Assembly: GCA_964016885.1 (NCBI GenBank)
Contig: OZ024742.1
Location: 101,680,001-101,744,000, forward strand
Direction: 5' to 3'
Origin: Eledone cirrhosa
Lineage: Eukaryota
DNA: 64,000 nucleotides
Of the stretch, positions 27,101 to 41,400 are shown piece after piece (position 1 is the first letter of the stretch; every line of letters starts with the position of its first letter). The notes beneath the pieces are model-generated. The model searched no databases, was not told the origin of the DNA, and worked only from the letters and a program-made list of their open reading frames with translations. The translations under genes and the position numbers were made by a program.

Positions 27101-30100
27101 TAACTTAATAGGTGTAGTAATGTGTTTATGACTTAACCCAATAGGTATACATATATTTATGACTGACCTCAGTAAGTGTATATATTTATGACTTACCTTA
27201 GTAAGTATATATATTTATGACTTACCTCTGTAAGTATATATATTATGATTTACCTCAGTAAATGTATATATTTATGATATGATTTACCTCAATAGGTGTA
27301 TGTACTTATGTGGTTTTCTAGGTGTTTTACATTTTGGTTAGTTTTCTTTGTTATCATCTTCATCACTATCATTATTGCTATCTTCTGCATCAAAACCACC
27401 ATCTGCCTCTTCATTAAATTTGTCTTCAGCATCATCACCACCACGGGGGGAGTATTTTGTTAGAGATGCCTACTGACTGTAGTAGATTTTACTTTGTATT
27501 TAGGTAAGGCGGGTCCTCTCTATTACTGAGTACCGCCAAAGGTCTCGGTCCAGTGACATTGTCTTGGAGAGGTGTAAGTGTGTGAGGTCGGAATTTATCA
27601 GCTCGTCCCAGGTTTTTCTAGGTCTGCCTATTCCGTAGCTACCGTCTATCTTTATTGCCCTGCACTTTGTTATACAGCTGTCGTCTTTCATGCGCATCAC
27701 ATGACCATACCAACGTAGCCTTCTCTCGAGTAAACAACATCTGATCCCTCTTATTTCTAATTTTTCCTTAGTTCGCTTATGCTTTGCCGTTCACGTATAT
27801 TGCTATTACACATCCAGCAGAGCATGCAAACTTCGTTCCTCTCTAGTCTGCGTATATCCTCTGCACACAATGCCCAGGTCTCACTGCCATGCAACATTGC
27901 TGTTCGTATGCAGGCATCATACAACCTGCCTTTCATTTTTAGGGAGAACCCTTTAGCGGCTAATAGTGGTATAAGCTCTCTGAACTTTTTCCATCCAGTT
28001 CTGACTCTAGCTACTGTACTTTCAGAGCACCCTCCCCACTGCTGATTTTGTCAACCAGGTAACGGAAGCTGTCCACTATTTCTATAGAATCCTCTGCGCA
28101 ATTGAAAGAGCTAGTATTTTGTGGGCACTTGCTGCTACTTATTGCACCAGAGCACCGGCCACATGTAAAATCTATGTTCTTAGTTAGCTTACCTGTGATC
28201 CCACTACATCTTTTATGCACCTATACTTTGCATTTGGGACATAAAATGGAGTTTCTACCTACGCCTTTCCTACACACAGAGCATGGCCATTTCCCGGAAG
28301 GGACCGTCGCCTTATTTTCTTTCCTACAAACTAGAACTTTAGTCTTAGACAGGTTAATTTTAAGGCCTTTTGATTCTAGGCGATGCTTCCATGTTTGGAA
28401 TTTCTTCTCTAGCTCGGCCATTGATTCAGCTATGAGCGTTAGATCATCTGCGTATAGGAGTTCCCATGGGCAGCCGGTCTTGAACTCCACTGTTATAGCC
28501 TGAAGGGCAATAATAAATAGTAGGGGGCTAAGAACAGAGCCCTGAGGAACACCAACTTTTACACTAAACTCTTCACTATATTCGTTGTTAATTCTAACCT
28601 TGCTGACTGTTTCTTTATACATGGCTTGTATAGCTCTCACAAGCCATTCGTCAACACCTAGTTTTCTAAGAGCCCACCAGATAATGGAACGGGGGACTCT
28701 GTCGAAGGCTTTCTCCAAGTCGACAAAGGCTAAGTATAGGGGTTTACTTTTAGCTAGGTACTTCTCCTGTAGTTGTCGTACAATGAAAAGAGCGTCTGTG
28801 GTACTTTTGCCTGACACAAAACCGAACTGCATTTCATCTAGATCGATTCTCTCTCTGATTAGTTGCGCTATTACTTTTTCCGTGACCTTCATGACATGGT
28901 CGATTAATTTAATGCCTCTATAGTTACTCCTATCTAGGGCATCTCCTTTACCCTTGTAACAGTTAATGATGATGCTGCTACGCCTGTCCTTCGGAACAAC
29001 CCCATTCTGTATGACTTGGTTTACTATCCGGGTGACCATGGTGTGTCCCACCATTCCAGAGGCTTTCAGCATCTCAGCAACTATTTCCGAAGGCCCAGCC
29101 GCCTTACCCATCTTCATATCTTTGATTGCCTTACTTATTATACTACCTTCGACTAACACTGCCGGTCCCTCTATTGGGTCAATGTGGGGGAGACTGTCTT
29201 TCTCCCATTTATCCCCTCATTTAGAAGCCTTTCGTAGTGACACTTCCAAGCTACCTTCTTATCAGCGTCAGTGATGGCAAGTACGCCATCATCATTAAGT
29301 ACACACTTCTCCCCGACAATATCACGGTTTTCCTTGACACATTGCCTAGCAATCCTGAACACCTCACGTTGTAGAACATGCTTGAACTTTCTTTCCTCTG
29401 CTTCCCTTCTTGCGAAGTACACTTGTCTCCTAGCTTCCCTCCTGGCCACTTGATAGTCTTCTCTACTTCCCCCATCCCGCCATACTTTCCAAGCCTGCTT
29501 TTTGGCCTTAATTGACTCCTCCACCTTACTGTTCCACCACCATGTTACTCTCCTCCTACCTACAGGCCTGCTCCAGCCACAGACTTCGTCTGCCGCCGTC
29601 AGCAGGTTTGCTTTCAGGAATTCCCACTGTTCCTCTATATTATCTGACTCTAATTGCTCTTCCTTACTGTCGAAAGCATCAAGTAACATGCTTTGAAATT
29701 TATTTCTGGCTGTGGGGTCCTTTAGCTTCCATATTTTTCTCCTGAGGATAATCCTCTTCTGTTGTCTAATACGTCTCGTCCTGACTATGAGGTCGCTAAT
29801 TAGCAGTCTATGTTGGGAGGTGCATTCTTCATGGGGAGGGATTTAGTGTTTACAACAGACACTCTGTCACGTCTTCTGGTAAGGATATAATCTACCTGGC
29901 TTGTGTGTTCCCCCGATCTATAGGTGATCAAGTGATTGTCTCGTTTTTTGAAGTTAGTGTTACAGATAGTTAGGTTATTTGCGTCACAGAATTCCAGGAT
30001 TCTGGAGACTTCCTCATTTCTAGTACCGAACCCATAGCCTCCATGGATTTCGTCATAGCCGTCACAATGTTGTCCAACGTGACCATTTAGGTCGCCTGCA

Positions 30101-32434
30101 ATAATTATATAGTCACTGTCGGTTATTTGGGAGGTAGCGAGCATCAGTGTCTCATAGAATCTGTCTTTTATAGTGCCGGGCAGTCCGGATTGGGGTGCGT
30201 ACGCAGATATTACTGTCACCGTAGTTCTATTGAGGACAAGTCTTATTTTAATTATTGTGTCGTTCACTCTATTTACGTCTATTATCTTATCTGCCCACTT
30301 TTCTGCTACCATGATTCCTACTCCACCCAGCCCATTGTCATTTCCCACCCAGAAAAGCTTATAGCATCGTTCTTTACCCACGATGAATCTAGCAGACCCT
30401 CCTCTCCACCTGGTCTCTTGAATACAACAAACATCGACCTCCTTACGTTCAAGCATTTCTACAACCTCGTTAGAGCGACCCTTTAAGGTGCCTACATTCA
30501 AGGTACTAACTCTGAAGTTTTGGATTGCGTTTGGAGGGGGGGGGGGTATGTTAGCCATCCGTGGCCGAAACAAGGAGGAGGAGTGCTTGCATTATTCCTT
30601 TTCTAAAATGGGCCAGTCAGCTGACTAGCAAAACTTCAAACCCCAAAATGCTTCTATCATTACCTTCTCACAAGATCTACTGTTCCCCTCTTTGCTTCTA
30701 CCATTGCTACTACAATTGCCCCTGTTCCTCTGAACAAATTATCTAAAGACCTCCCCCTCCCCCACCCATTTCTGTAATTCCAGATGTGTCCCACCTCACA
30801 CATCCAGCTTGAAATACTTTTCCCTGTGTGATGGGGGTATAACTTATGATGGTGTTGGTGGCATTAGCATATTGATGGTGGTGAAGTGTGTATGTGTGTG
30901 GTTTAGCCCTAGGTCAGCCCTGGTTTAGCAGACCTATGATTAAAGGTATTCCATTCATGACTATTCCATTTTTGTTTCATTTATAGGATTATATTATCTA
31001 ATATCTCTTTCCCAGCACTGTGATTTGGAGGAAACTTTGTTATTTCTAGCAGGTCAAGTGACCACAAGGAAGTTCCTCTGTTGAAGATGGCGGTGGTTGT
31101 TGTCGTTGTTGTCTGGAAGACTGCCTTTTCCCTTGCACAGGAGGACGAAAGCTCTCAATTCCCAATCTGTTGGAATATGGTTTTCTTTCACCACCAACCT
31201 TTAGATCTGTTGTTCTTTTCACACCCAAACTTTATGCTGTTTTCAACATATCTCCTATAACTCCTATCAGTCCTCTTGCTGTGCTACTCTTCAGCTCACT
31301 CAACTTCTTCATCAGCCATCTCCTTTACCAGTTCAAACACTGGATTGTTCTCTATGTTGCCATCCCATTCCCCATTCTTTCTCCACATTCAACAACCTCT
31401 CCTTATATCTCTTTCACTTTTCCTTAATTTCATCTGAGTCTTCAACAATTTTTCCTACTTCATCCTTCCGACAGTTCACCCCTGTCATCACATATCCCCC
31501 CACCCTTTGCTAACTGCTCTGCAATCCTAAACACCTCTCTCTGACTGAATCCATTTGTTCTCTAAACATTCTTCTATGTGCCTCTTGGCTTCTTTTAACC
31601 CTGATAAGCTGCCTCTTCTGCCACCATTCCCCCTCGCTCTCTGCTACTCTCTGAATCTTCCTCTTTTCAACTTCATCATCTCACCACTACGTTTCCAAGT
31701 AGTTTGATGGTCCTTTTGTTCATCCATACAAATCACCAACAACCCCAAACAAATCATCTTTCAAAGACTTCCAAGCACTTTCAAGTTCATTTATGTCATC
31801 TTCTAACATACTTTCTTAGAGCCTTCCTCACTCTTGCTTCTTTTAACTTCCACATCTTTAGCTTTAGTTGATAATTCCGCCACTGAACTCTGCTCCCACC
31901 TTTCGCCTTCAGGTCACAGACAACTAGGACCTCCAAAAGGACGTGATGAGTTGAATATAGTGTTGGTGAAAAATATATAGTGATGGTTAGTATTGAGAAC
32001 ATTTGTAGAGTTGGGGTGGGATGGGATAATAACATTCTGATATATGTGGGTGTCCTGCTGTTGGTTTTGTTTCTTTGATATGAATATACAAATATGAGCA
32101 CCTCCTGTGTGTATCTTAAGGCAACGAATTAGCAGAATCATTAGAATGTCAGAAAAGATGTTTTGTAGTATTTGTTCTGGTTTTCTGCTCTCTGAGTCCA
32201 AAACCCACAGAGGTCAATTTTACATTTCATTCTTTTGAAGTCGTTAAAAAAAAACTCCCAGTTCAGTACTGTGGTTGATTCTTCCTCTATATCTCTTTCT
32301 CACTTCTCTATCATTCTCTCTTTCCATCTCTAGAAGAAATCAGCTGTGTTCAGACCTGGAGAGGGTTCAACCAGGTTTAAACTGTCCAAGATACTCTGTA
32401 TGCCACTAAGATTCCATTAGGAGTTATGGATTCT

Positions 32435-32475
<41 letters not shown>

Positions 32476-35400
32476 TCTGCTTTATTATTTTAGCTCTTCT
32501 TAACTCCTGAAGTTCGATATGAACTAAAAGATAAAGATACACTTGTTTTTGCTGACATTAGTTGCAAATACACTGTTGAAGAGGTATGTATATTTGTTTT
32601 ATTTGTATGTGAAATTGTATGTTCATGTTGTTTAGCTCCAGGCCATCCCTGAGGTTGAACACACCCTATGATTAACCGTTTTGAATCCATTCATACCACT
32701 TCTAGTTTTCTGACATAGAACCTCCTTTTTAAAAGTGTATATATTTAAATCAAACTTTCATCTTGATTTTATTTATAACCTTTTCTGAGGTTATATTCCA
32801 AACACCAGTTTAATAATGTTTTCTAATTTTGGCACAAGGCTTCCTGAACTCTCAGTTGCTTAACACCCATGAAGCCAAGAGAGTCACTGGCCTGATAAGC
32901 TTCTAGGTTTGGAATAAATTTTTACTCTTGTTAACAAAGCTAATTAATGTGTCATGGAAAGTTTAGAAAGCTCTGATCTAGACTCTAGTTCTGATTAGAG
33001 GTGGTGTGGTGCAGATTTAACCCTTTTGTTACCATATTTCTAATGAAATCTGCACGTGGATGATGATCGTTGGGTGAAGAAGTGCCAGAAAATCCCAGTA
33101 GAAGGAAGCAGCAGTAGAGGTAGACCAAGGAAGACCTGGGCTGAGGTGGTGAGAGCTGATCTCAAATTGCTGACAAAGAAGAGGATGAAGGAACACAGTG
33201 AATGGAGAGATGCTGTGCTGGAAAGGACCCGTCCAATCCATGCAAGTGTGGAAAAACGGATGTAAAAACGATGATGATGATGTATTTGAATCAATTATTG
33301 AAGAATTTGGAGGGATTTACTAAAATTATTTCATTAAGATATTTGTAACAACTTAACAAAAGATTCTTATATAAAATTATGTCAGAAGTTTTAAACTTAA
33401 ATAGGAGCCCTTTTTAAAAGGAATTTTTTTGTTTCATCATCATCCTTTTTATATTGATTTTTTCCACGTTGGCAGGGTTTAATTAGTGTTTTTGAGGCAA
33501 TCTTTTACAGCAAAATGCCTTTCCTGACATCAATCTTTTTATTTGCTTCTTACAATAAATACGGATAAACATGGTTTTAGATGGGTTGGTATCAAAAGAG
33601 TTCAGACATTAAAACACATTATGCACAGCTCATCCATCACTGGGTGGACAGAGTCTACAGCCCTAAACAATTCCTACCTTTATGTGATGATACATTTTCT
33701 CTTTGCATATCTTCATTGTATACACAGAGGATCACAGCTCTGGGGCCATGGAGATGTGGTTGGAATGTCTAAGGAAAAAATCACAGGACAGATTTTATGG
33801 GCAGAGCCAACCAGCAGGAAACCCAAAGGTAGACCACAAGCAAGATGGCTGGTCTCAAGTGGGGGACTTGCTGGGTTAATTGGAAACAGTTGCTTCAGAT
33901 AAGACCCTCTGGAATGTATGCCTAAGAACTCTGCTCCCCTCTACCCTCTCAGGAATAAGTGGGTGAAGAAGAAAAATATTTTCATCATAGCTCATTTGAC
34001 TCAAATGTTTGGCAGTCTCTTTTGTTCTTTTATTTCCAGATAGCTCGTGCTTCAGATTCTGGTTCTGACACGGAGGCAATGTCAGATATGGAAGTTGAAC
34101 TTGAAGATGTCTCCTCAAGAATTCCTGCAGCAAGTAAATCTAATATTTCATTGGATTTGGAACAGTCTAATAGTAGTAGTTCTGGCAGTGACATTCTTCT
34201 TCCAACACAGGTAGTGTATTTTCAACACCCTTTATTCTACAAGACAGTGTATTCTACACTATCATGTACACATAACAATCTATGTTACACCCTAATATAC
34301 AGTAGGAAAGTATTCTGTACCTATAATACTTACTCTTCTACACCCTAATATGCAGTAGGACAGTATTCTGTACCTACAATACTTACTCTTCTACACACTC
34401 ATATGCATAGGACAGTATTCTGTACCTACAATACTTACTCTTCTACACACTCATATGCATAGGACAGTATTCTGTACCTACAATACTTACTCTTCTACAC
34501 ACTCATATGCATAGGACAGTATTCTGTACCTACAATACTTACTCTTCTACACACTCATATGCATAGGACAGTATTCTGTACCTACAATACTTACTCTTCT
34601 ACACACTCATATGCATAGGACAGTATTCTGTACCTACAATACTTACTCTTCTACACACTCATATGCATAGGACAGTATTCTGTACCTACAATACTTACTC
34701 TTCTACACCCTAATATGCAGTAGGACAGTATTCTGTACCTACAATACTTACTCTTCTACACCCTAATATGCAGTAGGACAGTATTCTGTACCTACAATAC
34801 TTACTCTTCTACACACTCATATGCATAGGACAGTATTCTGTACCTACAATACTTACTCTTCTACACACTCATATGCATAGGACAGTATTCTGTACCTACA
34901 ATACTTACTCTTCTACACCCTAATATGCAGTAGGACAGTATTCTGTACCTACAATACTTACTCTTCTACACACTCATATGTATAGGACAGTATTCTGTAC
35001 CTACAATACTTACTCTTCTACACCCTAATATGCAGTAGGACAGTATTCTGTACCTACAATACTTACTCTTCTACACACTCATATGCATAGGACAGTATTC
35101 TGTACCTACAATACTTACTCTTCTACACACTCATATGCATAGGACAGTATTCTGTACCTACAATACTTACTCTTCTACACACTCATATGTATAGGACAGT
35201 ATTCTGTACCTACAATACTTACTCTTCTACACCCTAATATGCAGTAGGACAGTATTCTGTACCTACAATACTTACTCTTCTACACACTCATATGCATAGG
35301 ACAGTATTCTGTACCTACAATACTTACTCTTCTACACACTCATATGCATAGGACAGTATTCTGTACCTACAATACTTACTCTTCTACACACTCATATGCA

Positions 35401-38400
35401 TAGGACAGTATTCTGTACCTACAATACTTACTCTTCTACACACTCATATGCATAGGACAGTATTCTGTACCTACAATACTTACTCTTCTACACACTCATA
35501 TGCATAGGACAGTATTCTGTACCTACAATACTTACTCTTCTACACACTCATATGCATAGGACAGTATTCTGTACCTACAATACTTACTCTTCTACACACT
35601 CATATGCATAGGACAGTATTCTGTACCTACAATACTTACTCTTCTACACACTCATATGCATAGGACAGTATTCTGTACCTACAATACTTACTCTTCTACA
35701 CCCTAATATGCAGTAGGACAGTATTCTGTACCTACAATACTTACTCTTCTACACCCTAATATGCAGTAGGACAGTATTCTGTACCTACAATACTTACTCT
35801 TCTACACACTCATATGCATAGGACAGTATTCTGTACCTACAATACTTACTCTTCTACACCCTAATATGCAGTAGGACAGTATTCTGTACCTACAATACTT
35901 ACTCTTCTACACACTCATATGCATAGGACAGTATTCTGTACCTACAATACTTACTCTTCTACACACTCATATGCATAGGACAGTATTCTGTACCTACAAT
36001 ACTTACTCTTCTACACCCTAATATGCAGTAGGACAGTATTCTGTACCTACAATACTTACTCTTCTACACCCTAATATGCAGTAGGACAGTATTCTGTACC
36101 TACAATACTTACTCTTCTACACACTCATATGCATAGGACAGTATTCTGTACCTACAATACTTACTCTTCTACACACTCATATGCATAGGACAGTATTCTG
36201 TACCTACAATACTTACTCTTCTACACACTCATATGCATAGGACAGTATTCTGTACCTACAATACTTACTCTTCTACACACTCATATGCATAGGACAGTAT
36301 TCTGTACCTACAATACTTACTCTTCTACACACTCATATGCATAGGACAGTATTCTGTACCTACAATACTTACTCTTCTACACACTCATATGCATAGGACA
36401 GTATTCTGTACCTACAATACTTACTCTTCTACACACTCATATGCATAGGACAGTATTCTGTACCTACAATACTTACTCTTCTACACCCTAATATGCAGTA
36501 GGACAGTATTCTGTACCTACAATACTTACTCTTCTACACACTCATATGCATAGGACAGTATTCTGTACCTACAATACTTACTCTTCTACACACTCATATG
36601 CATAGGACAGTATTCTGTACCTACAATACTTACTCTTCTACACCCTAATATGCAGTAGGACAGTCTACCTCAAATACAAAACAATGTATTGAGCTGGTGC
36701 TGCGAAAAAGGCACCCAGTACACTTTATAAAGTGATCGGCGATAGGAAGGACATCCTACTGTAGAAACGGTTCCCAAAAGTGTCAAGACGGCATTAGAGA
36801 CAACAACAAGCATTTTAAAGCCATTTTCATTGCTAAAGCAGGGGTTAGCCTTTCAAACCCTATGACAAGCTTCTCTATTTCTTTGTATCACCCCTCACCA
36901 ACCCCTCCATCATTTTTAGCTATGCCTTTCTTGGTCTTCCTCTACTTCCTACTATATTCATTTCTATATTTGTAAAAGGCAACTAAAAGACTTGGCACCA
37001 GGAAGGGGATCTGGCCATAAAACAATGTCTCAAAAAGGACCTCATGCTTAGTATAATAACATAAACACAAGTCCTAGAGAGTTAAAGATGTTACTACATA
37101 ACATGCTTTGCTAAACCACAATTTTACCACTTTCTGTGGTATTTAACCTTCAGTATCCATATTTTGTTGTTACAGGATTTCCCAATTAATAATTTTGCTC
37201 AGGGTTCAAATGCTGGCTTTCAAAATATATCTCCAGTGAAAGGTAAGGAATGTTAGCTTTGGTGTCTTATTGCTGGATAGTGAGATTAGAAATGTTAAAA
37301 TATCTTGCATTAATAACACAGAAAATATTTCCTTTGGAGTAACCACTACTTGCATCAGTCAGTAGCATCATCATGTGCATCAGGTATGCCTGTTGCTTTT
37401 TAAAATTTTATTTTAGTTCTATAGAGTTACGGCTCTTTGCGGTCTGAGTTCGAATCCCACTGAGGTTAACTTTGCCTTTCATCCTTTCGGGGTTGATAAA
37501 ATAAAGTACCAGTAATGCACTGGGATAATTGCTGGCCTTGTGCTAAAAGTAGAAACAATTATTGTGGATTGGTAGTATCGGTAGAGGGTTGGACGCCATG
37601 CTTTCCAGCATAGAGTTACGTCCCTTTACGGTCTGGGTTCAAATCCCACCGAGGTTAACTTTACCTTTCATCTTTACGGGGTCGATAAAATAAAGCACCA
37701 GTAATGCACTGGGATAATTGCTGGCCTTGACCCAAAAGTAGAAACATTATTATTATTACCAGTAATGCACTGGGATAATTGCTGGCCTTGTGCCAAAAGT
37801 AGAAACAATTATTATTATTATAAGGGTGGTGGATTGACAGTATTGGTAGAGCATCGGACAACATGCTTTACGGCATAAAGTTACGGCTCTTTACGTTCTG
37901 AGTTCAAATCCTGCCATGCTTAGCTTTGCCTTTCATCTTTATGGAGTCGATAAAATAAAGTACCAGTAACGCACTTGGGTCAATTTAATCAACTTTCCCC
38001 TTTCTCCAAAAGTTGTTGGCCCTGTGCCTAAATCAGAGACCATTATGTTTAGGGCAGTGAATTAGCAGAATCAGTAGAGTGTCAGACAAAATGTTTTGCA
38101 GTAATACTCTATGACTTTCTATGTTCTGAGTTAAAATCTCGCTATGGTCAACTTTGCTTTTCATCTTTCTGAGGTTGATAAAATAAAGTATAAGTACTAG
38201 GATCAATATGATTTCTACTTTAGCCACAAGGCCAACAATGTTTGGGGAGGGGAAAGTTGATTAAATCGACCCTAGTACATTACTGGTGCTTTATTTTATT
38301 GACCTCATAAGGATGAAAGTCAAAGCTAACCTCGACGGTATTTGAACACAGAACCTAAAGGGCTGTTACTCTATGCCACAAAGCATGCCTGATGCTCTAC

Positions 38401-41400
38401 CAATACTGCTAATTCACCACCCTAGTACTGAGATCATTATAATAAATTTTCTCCTTCCCCGAAATTGCTGGTCTTGTACCAGTGTTAGAAAGAATTATAC
38501 TTAGGGCAGTGGATTGACAGAATCATTAAAGTGTTGGACAAAATGCCTTAGAATATTTCTTCTGACTCTTTATGCTTTGACTTCAAATCCTGCCATCAGT
38601 CAAGTGCTAGTGTTGATGTAATTGACTTTCCTTTCTCGAAGGAGAAAATTAGGAAAGAATAATACTATAGAAGAGTTAAACTCATATTAAAAACTGAACT
38701 CCATACTAGAAATAAGACAGTAGCTATAATTATGCTGGCTATACAACTTATAAACTACAACTACAATATAATAAACTCAAAGCTAAGTGAGATGAACATT
38801 TTAGATAGAAAAACCAGGAAACTTCTGACAACTTACTGAAACCACCCTAACACCCCCAAAGCAGATATAGACAAGATTAACCTACCCTGACACAAATAGA
38901 ATAACTTTATTCAGAATCTTTATTACATTTCTTCACAATTTGATGTCATCTTCCATTTCTGTTTATTTCAGGTGAAGTCCTTGCAATAGATTCCAGCCCA
39001 GAGAATGATGCGGAGTCAACCTATCGCAACGACAGATATTTCCAGAATAATGGTATATTAAATCTATTTTCTTTCAATGTATTATCATTGTCATAGCCAT
39101 CATCATCTTATGACTATATTTTTTCCATGTTAGCATGGGTTGGAGGAATCTGACTTATCTCACCATTGCCATGCTCTTTGGTCATCTGGTACACACAGCA
39201 ATAGAGAAAACTGCCTATCTTTGTTATTATGTATGTCTTCTAGTATTGTTTCTTGGTGGGTGTGGGGTATTATTTTATGGCTGAATGCCATTCCTATTAC
39301 ATCATGGTCTCCTTCATTAATAATAAATATAATAATAATTTCTTTATTAGCCAGGTAGGGCTCACATTAAGAAAACATTAAAGATGGCACAGGACAGTAC
39401 AATGTGGTTTTCTCCAAGTAAAAAGGTTGAACAAAAGCGGCAATCATAAAACTTCCATCAAAAACCAATTCCTCAACAGGAGGGTAGACTTCCAAGGGTC
39501 ACTCGTAGAGAAAGCCTACACAAAGCCATGGTCACCCTGAGTACTTGGGCAGTTATCCTCCTCAAATCTACAAAGAACAGGCCCATTCACTTGAGTCGTG
39601 CTTGCCACTCTCACTCATCTTTTAACAAACTGGTTGGAAAGCAGCACTTCCCTCTCTACCCTCATTTTTATCTTCAAGTGAATCCTGAAAAAGTTAATTA
39701 GGACTTCACCAAAGAGGAAACTGCTTGTCTGCTACCCTTTCAGACGTGTCCACCACACAACCTCTTTTGCCATGGCCACCAGTAAGATAAAAATTGACTG
39801 CCCTTCCTGGATAAAAGAAAGTGGCAGGGCAATCTTCATGATGGTCTCAGCTGATAGCCAGATCTGTCCTACACTTGACAGAAGGTGTTTAACATAAACC
39901 CACAAGTCAGCAATACTCAGACACTCGATGAGTGCATGCAGGATGATTTTGTTGTGCTACACACATCTCAGACAGGCTCAACTGACGGCACTTCCATGCC
40001 TGTAGAGTTTATCTCGAACTGTCAAAGCTCCCTGGAATCACTACCAAGCCAGGGATTTCTGAACGTTATCCATGTGCCCTGGACCAAATGTTCTCTAGAA
40101 AATAGTGGCTAGTTGATTATCATCAACGCCCAGAGTCTCCCCAAAACGTCATTGCTTTTAAGCATCACTAACCCTCTATAGAACACCAAGGTGGAGTTTC
40201 CACCGATTGTACTGCCTGATTGGCACTATCTCTTGATCTTCTTCACTTGACCCAGGACTGCAGCTCTGTCAAGGACATGAGCTGGGAGAAAACATATCTA
40301 ATGAATGGTGACCACACCTGTCCACTGTCAAGAAGTTGGAGATGCCGTAGCCTCAGTGCATATTTGCACATCATCAGTCATGGCATGCCCAATCCTCCAC
40401 ACAGCAGCAAATGCACCGCCAGATCAATAGAACCTGTCCCTTCCTCAAAAAGCAAAAGAGTAAATGCTTCAGTGCTGTCAGACATGAACCAGTTCAAAGC
40501 ATGAAGGTCAGGCGGTAGTAGATGACGGACGCGATGTATGTCCCCGACCTTTCAGAGATAGCTTTCTCTTGGCTCTTTTCTAAGTGGGAAGAGCCACCCT
40601 CCTCATTACCTCGTCCCAGTTTTTGTCCATCTGGAGGTCTGGACCAAACCAAACCTCAATCAATTTAACCAGTCTGTCTGTTCAGCACCCGACAATGCTG
40701 TTGGACAGCATAGACCTGCTTCTCCAAGTGCTGAACTGTAGGCCCACCAACTTTTCCTGGATAATTTTTGCTCCTGTTACTGCTTCATACTCCCTGAGGG
40801 AGGTGCCAATCATCTCAATATGTTTGGTGTTTGTCACCATTATTGTGATATCATAGGCATATGCTGACATGGATCTCCAACATCCTAGTTTGAGCAGGAC
40901 GACCCCCTCCCCCCTACATGTCCAATTTGTGTAGTAATGCTCAATACCAAGTGCATGATGATGAACGGTTCAGAAAGGAAACTGTTCACTTTAATAATAA
41001 TAATAATCATCATTTTTACATCCATTTTCCCACACTTGCATTGGTTGGACATATCTTTTTCAGCTCAGCATCTCTCCACATGCTACATTCCTTTGTCATC
41101 TCTGTGAGTCTTAGTGGCCAGGTTTTCCTTTGTTTACCTCTACTGCGGCTTCCTTCTACTGGATTTTCCTAGCACTTTTTGCCCCAGTGATCATCGTTCA
41201 TGCGCATCACATGTCCATACCAACGTCTTCTCTCTTGCACACCACTTTGGATTTCTTAAACCCAGTTTCTCCCTCAGTTCATCCAAGCGCTGCCTTTCTC
41301 TTGCATTTACATTGCACATTCAATAATAATAACAAATATTCACAACATACAAAAACTACAACTAATACATATTGCAGACCCAGTTACATAGTATACTCTC

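Noticed and set aside
27445-30580. Active LINE or domesticated gene
   Set aside because: At least three frameshifts and an in-frame stop. The 3'UTR/tail seen in the 41490-42030 copy is missing, and I found no TSD.
34285-36664. CRISPR-like appearance (constant part plus variable part)
   Set aside because: Only two near-identical variants, no unique spacers, no cas genes, and a eukaryotic intron context.
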